The position numbers and the translations under genes were made by a program. Shown here piece by piece: positions 59,929 to 64,000 of a stretch of DNA of 64,000 nucleotides. Location of the stretch: the NCBI GenBank assembly GCA_016208255.1, contig JACQYK010000175.1:3944-67943 (forward strand), in the 5' to 3' direction. Every line of letters starts with the position of its first letter. Within the stretch, counting starts at the first letter, position 1. The notes beneath the pieces are model-generated. The model did not search any database and was not told the DNA's origin. It saw only the letters and a program-made list of their open reading frames with translations. The DNA comes from Deltaproteobacteria bacterium. GTDB taxonomy: Bacteria; Desulfobacterota; RBG-13-43-22.

Positions 59929-60261
59929 CTATCTCAGTATCCATTGATGAACCAAGGCCGCTCCCGTCCACACACCAAAACTCACAGCCAGAACGAAAGT
60001 CAGGGGAAGTTGCTTCTTGAAACAAATAAAAGCCACCAGAAAGAAAAGGATGCTTGGCAGAATCCCCCAAAGAGCACCCTTGGTAAATTCCTGCATGACC
60101 GCAGGATCCCCTTTGTTTTCCAGATACATCCATACAAGAATCAGGGCGCCTGTAAGAGGCATGACACCGATGAGGCCGGAGGCGGAGGGGATTTTCTTCC
60201 CGATGGCCGTGGCAACAAGAATGACGGCTACGCTGATCAGCGTTTTAATCAGAATCTGCAT
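59929..60261 (-). CDS. Small 4-TM membrane protein (DUF3147-like)
   Basis: 110 aa and very hydrophobic. The family is recalled from the MQILIKTLISVAVILVATAIGKK pattern. Confidence 0.65.
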   Translation of the reverse strand: MQILIKTLISVAVILVATAIGKKIPSASGLIGVMPLTGALILVWMYLENKGDPAVMQEFTKGALWGILPSILFFLVAFICFKKQLPLTFVLAVSFGVWTGAALVHQWILR

Positions 60262-60309
60262 TTCATTCCTTCCTGCCCGACGAACGAGGAATTTAAAAAT
60301 TCTTCTCTC

Positions 60310-61821
60310 TTAAAAAACATATTGAAAACGGGAAAAAACCATATCTTCCTTATCCAGGTTCACACCGTTGACGGTGATCTGGTCTTCAAACCAGGTATGA
60401 GAATAATTGATCTGAAAACGGACATGCTTATTCCAATACCAATTGAGCCCTAAGGTGGCGATCTGGGCCCGGTCCGTCCCCACGGCCAATCCTTTATTGA
60501 GCAGATCGGAATCGGTTTCAATAAACTGGTAACGGCCTAAAGCCTGGAAGGCCCCCCAGCCTCCTTTGGCCGGATCAAAATCGCGCCTGGGCTTTATGGA
60601 GGAATTTTGCGGCCAGTCCTCTCCGGTCAAAACATAACCGGCGGTTAAGTATCCGCCCCGGAGATCGAGCTTGGCCCGGGCCGTATCTTTGTTAATCCGG
60701 TCGAATTGTCCTTGCAAATATTCCGCCTTTAACCCGAAGGGACCGACTCCATAGTCCAGCTCCAGGCCCCAGCGGGTCAGGCGGCCGTCCTGATTTACCC
60801 CGGATTGAATGTCAAGAAAGGTAGATGTCCCCTCGGTTTTGAGATCAAAACCGCTTAAGTCCTGCTTGTTGTCTCCGGTGCTGAAGGAGCCTCCGAAATT
60901 AAATTTTTTTAAAGCCGGTAAGGAGGCAGTGTGAATAAAGGGGGAAAAGGATAGACGAACGGTGAAATCCTTATCATCGACCACAGCCTCCCGGTTGCGT
61001 CCCTGGCCGTTAAAAAATCCCAGGCCGTATTCCAGCCGGTTATCAAGAACCTTGCCCAAGAACATGATGCCGATATCTGTCTGGGGGGAAAGGGTGTTGA
61101 CGATCAGTGCCCGCTCCATAAAATCGAGCCACAAGATGGAGTAGTTGGCTTCTAAGCTGAAGGGCTCAAAGACCTGACCGGCCCGGACCCGGAAGGAAGG
61201 GTATTTCCGATATTCCAACCAGCCTTCCTGCAGGACGCCGGTTCCGACGAAGGTGGCGTAGAGACGGTAGGCCCAGTCGTTTTCCAGGACCCCCCGGATA
61301 TCCAAACGGGCATTGCGGATAAGAAAGGTATTGCTTTTATGTTGATCGCTATCCAAAAACCAGCGGACGTCGCCCTGGAGCCAGCCGCCGATCCGCAACT
61401 GGTCGTCCTTTCCCTTTAAATAAAATCCTTCATCATAAACGGTCATGGCTTCTTTGTCGGCCGGGGTTTCCTTGGCCTCAGTTAAGCGGTAATCCGACAT
61501 TATATCCCGAATCAAGGCATGGTGCTCGGGCTGATTAATGACATTCTGGACCTTGGCCTCGACGGCCTCGTTTTGCCTTTTGAGTTCGGTTTTTACCTGA
61601 TTCAGTTCCTTTTCATACCCCTCGAGCAATCGTTTTTGTTCCTGGATGATCCCCTCCAGTTTTTCGACGCGCTGACTCAAGTCCTTGTCCGGTCCCTGGG
61701 CCAGTGCCCAAAGGGGGCATTGAAAAAATAAAAAAGTCGAAATTAAATAAAGTCTTAGAGCCAATCTTTTCGGAATATCTTTTTTCATAAGGAATGCCTC
61801 TTTAATCAATTTATGAATCAA
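60310..61821 (-). CDS. Outer-membrane porin, OprO/OprP (phosphate-selective) family with an N-terminal coiled-coil
   Basis: 503 aa. Signal peptide, a coiled-coil (EKLEGIIQEQKRLLEGYEKELNQVK), beta-strand-rich body and a C-terminal ...SRFQYVF. Confidence 0.82.
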   Translation of the reverse strand: MIHKLIKEAFLMKKDIPKRLALRLYLISTFLFFQCPLWALAQGPDKDLSQRVEKLEGIIQEQKRLLEGYEKELNQVKTELKRQNEAVEAKVQNVINQPEHHALIRDIMSDYRLTEAKETPADKEAMTVYDEGFYLKGKDDQLRIGGWLQGDVRWFLDSDQHKSNTFLIRNARLDIRGVLENDWAYRLYATFVGTGVLQEGWLEYRKYPSFRVRAGQVFEPFSLEANYSILWLDFMERALIVNTLSPQTDIGIMFLGKVLDNRLEYGLGFFNGQGRNREAVVDDKDFTVRLSFSPFIHTASLPALKKFNFGGSFSTGDNKQDLSGFDLKTEGTSTFLDIQSGVNQDGRLTRWGLELDYGVGPFGLKAEYLQGQFDRINKDTARAKLDLRGGYLTAGYVLTGEDWPQNSSIKPRRDFDPAKGGWGAFQALGRYQFIETDSDLLNKGLAVGTDRAQIATLGLNWYWNKHVRFQINYSHTWFEDQITVNGVNLDKEDMVFSRFQYVF

Positions 61822-62008
61822 GCATTTTTTGAGGAAGCTTAGATTTCACCTTCTTTCTGCAACTATAATCGGCCGAGTAAGTGGAGATAGTAGGTAGTGG
61901 CCAAGGCGGCTGAGAATGAAAAAAATAATGTGATTTGTAGAGCGTCCTTGGGCAACTATCTTTTTAAGATTTTTAAACTATATTCTACGAAGTGGAATAA
62001 TAGAAAGA

Positions 62009-62284
62009 ATGTATTTTCAGGTCGTAAAGTATGTATTTTCCGGGGCTCTTAGGTCTGAATAGGAAATCAGTCCGGGGACTTTATACCCGCTACTGGCAAG
62101 GCTTGAAGTGCTTGGCTGGCTTGATTGCAAAACTGATCCTGATGGCGGACTTCGGGCAAAAAAGGAGTACGTTTTGACCCGCAAAGGCAAAAAGGCGCTT
62201 TCTTTCCTGAAAAATCAGATTGAAGAACTCCACGGCGAGGTGGTTGTGGGCGAAGGCAAAGAGGGACCGCTCCATGGACTATGA
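62009..62284 (+). pseudogene. PadR-family regulator remnant with an in-frame TAG
   Basis: My own translation: MYFQVVKYVFSGALRSE-TAG(62060-62062)-EISPGTLYPLLARLEVLGWLDCKTDPDGGLRAKKEYVLTRKGKKALSFLKNQIEEL... The winged-helix core is clearly PadR-like. The helix-1 region lacks a start codon. Confidence 0.5.
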
Positions 62285-62317
62285 GTTCATGACAAGACAT
62301 CCCTTTAAACAATAAAA

Positions 62318-63121
62318 GTGATAGGAATATCTATGGACTTTTTTATCGTTGCCTTAGCCGCGGTTTTCGTCTCAGGCCTGACGCTTTTCTCGGGCTTCGG
62401 TCTGGGTACACTCCTCATGCCTGTCTTTGCTCTATTCTTCCCGGTAGAGGTTGCCATCGCCTCCACTGCGATTGTCCACAGCGCGAATAGCATCTTCAAA
62501 ATCAGTCTGGTTGGGAAAAAAGCAGACAAAACACTGGTTATTCTTTTCGGCCTCCCTGCCATTATCGCTGCCTTCGCCGGTGCCGTCACACTGGGTTTTG
62601 TATCACACTTTGGAGAGATCGCCAGGTACCCCATAGGATCACGGACAGCGGTGATTACTCCCATCAAGCTCATCATGGGGGTGCTGATGCTTATTTTTTC
62701 TTTTTTCGAGCTATTACCAGGATTGCGAGAACTGAAATTCGACAGGAAATACTTGTTGATAGGTGGTATCCTATCTGGATTTTTCGGGGGTTTCTCCGGG
62801 CATCAAGGCGCTCTTCGCTCGGCTTTCCTCGCTAAAACGGGAGTCTCAACCCAGGCCTTTGTGGGAACAAATGCCGTTATCAGCTTCTTGGTGGATATAG
62901 CGCGAATCGCAACTTACGCGGGCACCTTCCTGGTGGCAAAGACAACCAGCCCTCTCGGCCCCAACCAATGGCCGCTGGTTTTTACCGGCGTTCTTGCAGC
63001 CTTCACCGGCGTTATGATCGGTAAGCAATTCCTGCACCAGATTACCATGAAGGTGGTTCAGAACCTGACCGGCCTTCTTTTACTGGGAATCGCCTTGGCT
63101 CTGGGTACAGGAATCGTCTGA
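62318..63121 (+). CDS. TauE/SafE-family anion exporter (DUF81)
   Basis: 267 aa, 7-8 TM. GLTLFSGFGLGTLLMP is typical. A likelier start is the ATG at 62333. Confidence 0.86.
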   Translation: MIGISMDFFIVALAAVFVSGLTLFSGFGLGTLLMPVFALFFPVEVAIASTAIVHSANSIFKISLVGKKADKTLVILFGLPAIIAAFAGAVTLGFVSHFGEIARYPIGSRTAVITPIKLIMGVLMLIFSFFELLPGLRELKFDRKYLLIGGILSGFFGGFSGHQGALRSAFLAKTGVSTQAFVGTNAVISFLVDIARIATYAGTFLVAKTTSPLGPNQWPLVFTGVLAAFTGVMIGKQFLHQITMKVVQNLTGLLLLGIALALGTGIV

Positions 63122-63139
63122 ATCAATTTTTATGATAAG

Positions 63140-63976
63140 TTACCAGGTGATATAAGGGCTGTTGATCAATCCGCCGAAGAGCAGAAACAGTCCCACGGCC
63201 ATGGCGGCAAAGCCGATGAGATAAAAGACGATCTGCCGGGCCGGAACGGCCTCGGAAACCGTCAAGGTCTGGAGGACCCCTTTGCTTTCCAGTCGGCTGA
63301 TCCAGGCCGGTTTTTCATGGCGGGCGGCGGTCAGATCGGCGCTTCCTTCGAAGATGGTCCGATCCATGGGAAAATTATGGCGGCGTAAGTGGCCGATAAA
63401 AAAATGGATAATAAAGACATGGCCCATGGCCAGGATGGCCTCGATCCGGTGGATCCAAAATAGAACGTTCAGAGTCCATCCCGGTAAAAGACGACTGGCG
63501 GCCAGGGGATAGGCCATTAGCAGCCCGCTGCCACCCAAAATGACCATCCCCCAAAAGACGGCCCAATAATCGAATTTTTCCCAATAGCCCCAACGGTCGA
63601 ACTCCGGGGCCCGGGACAGGCCCAGGAACCAGCCTATATGTTGAAAAAACTGACTCAGATCCGCCCAGCGGGGGAGCAGGGAATCGGGGCTGTCCAAAAG
63701 CTTATGCAAGTTTTTCCAGTCGATAGCGAAAGAAAGATAAATTAGGTGCCCGAGAAACAGGAGTAATAGAAAAATTCCTATCCAGATATGGATGGTCAGG
63801 GCCTTTTCATAACCGCCGAAACAGGCGGCCAAAAATTGACCCCATCCGGTTTCAATATACATACGGGACAGGCCCGTTGCCCCCTGGATCAAAAAAAACA
63901 ACAGGAGAAGGAAATGGAAAAGACGCTGGGGCGGGGTGAAACGTTTAATCCTCATTCTTGGCGGTTGTCCGGCCAT
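63140..63976 (-). CDS. Cytochrome b-type membrane protein (Ni/Fe-hydrogenase/FDH gamma-like)
   Basis: 278 aa. KRFTPPQRLFHFLLLL, TM helices with conserved His (HIWIG, HRIEAILAMGHVFIH). Confidence 0.72.
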   Translation of the reverse strand: MAGQPPRMRIKRFTPPQRLFHFLLLLFFLIQGATGLSRMYIETGWGQFLAACFGGYEKALTIHIWIGIFLLLLFLGHLIYLSFAIDWKNLHKLLDSPDSLLPRWADLSQFFQHIGWFLGLSRAPEFDRWGYWEKFDYWAVFWGMVILGGSGLLMAYPLAASRLLPGWTLNVLFWIHRIEAILAMGHVFIIHFFIGHLRRHNFPMDRTIFEGSADLTAARHEKPAWISRLESKGVLQTLTVSEAVPARQIVFYLIGFAAMAVGLFLLFGGLINSPYITW

Positions 63977-64000
63977 TTTTTTTCTCCCTGCTTAAAAACT

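Noticed and set aside
61822-61900. Sigma54 promoter upstream of the porin gene (CGGCCGATTATAGTTGCA on the minus strand)
   Set aside because: The GG-to-GC spacing is two nt too long, and the -24 element is poor.
62067-62312. 81-aa and 61-aa minus-strand ORFs from the track
   Set aside because: The plus strand carries a clear PadR winged-helix segment. The minus-strand products are featureless.

Overview
This is a chromosomal segment with GC of about 45-50% by eye. It probably comes from an anaerobic Desulfobacterota- or syntroph-like bacterium. That guess rests on gene content only (tungsten AOR, a PEP-CTERM protein, an ADP-forming acyl-CoA synthetase, a 4-hydroxybutyryl-CoA-dehydratase-like enzyme, many CoA-ester enzymes, PpdK); there is no rRNA or tRNA in the window. 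All family calls come from motif recognition by eye, and no searches were run. (1) nt 600-10062 is a defence island. It holds a type I R-M operon (hsdR-hsdM-hsdS), an AT-rich unknown 295-aa ORF translationally coupled to hsdS, and a tight three-gene operon: abiEi, an abiEii that carries an unusual C-terminal WYL-like plus Zn-ribbon extension, and radC/JAB. This is my best candidate for an undescribed system. (2) The rest is housekeeping and catabolic. It includes a MarR-linked acyl-CoA ligase/ACAD/hydrolase operon, a peptide-type ABC importer, plsC, MazEF, purA, LysR-EmrAB, metK'/ahcY, AOR, a CoA-ester cluster, ppdK, fabH, a porin, TauE and cytochrome b. (3) Non-coding DNA is crowded with structured repeats. 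Family A is a 160-290 bp TIR-bounded multi-hairpin element with 5 copies. Family B is a ~45-90 bp element with a hairpin that changes sequence but keeps pairing, with 5-6 copies. Family C is a hairpin pair and D is a 214-bp TIR element. (4) About 12 genes are visibly decayed by internal deletions, 5' truncations, a 16-bp tandem duplication, a homopolymer frameshift or an in-frame stop. (5) An HD-domain gene in an AT-rich patch is bracketed by a 10-bp inverted repeat plus an attC-like bulged palindrome, which may be an integron-type cassette without an integrase in the window. No CRISPR array, tRNA, rRNA, transposase or integrase was seen.
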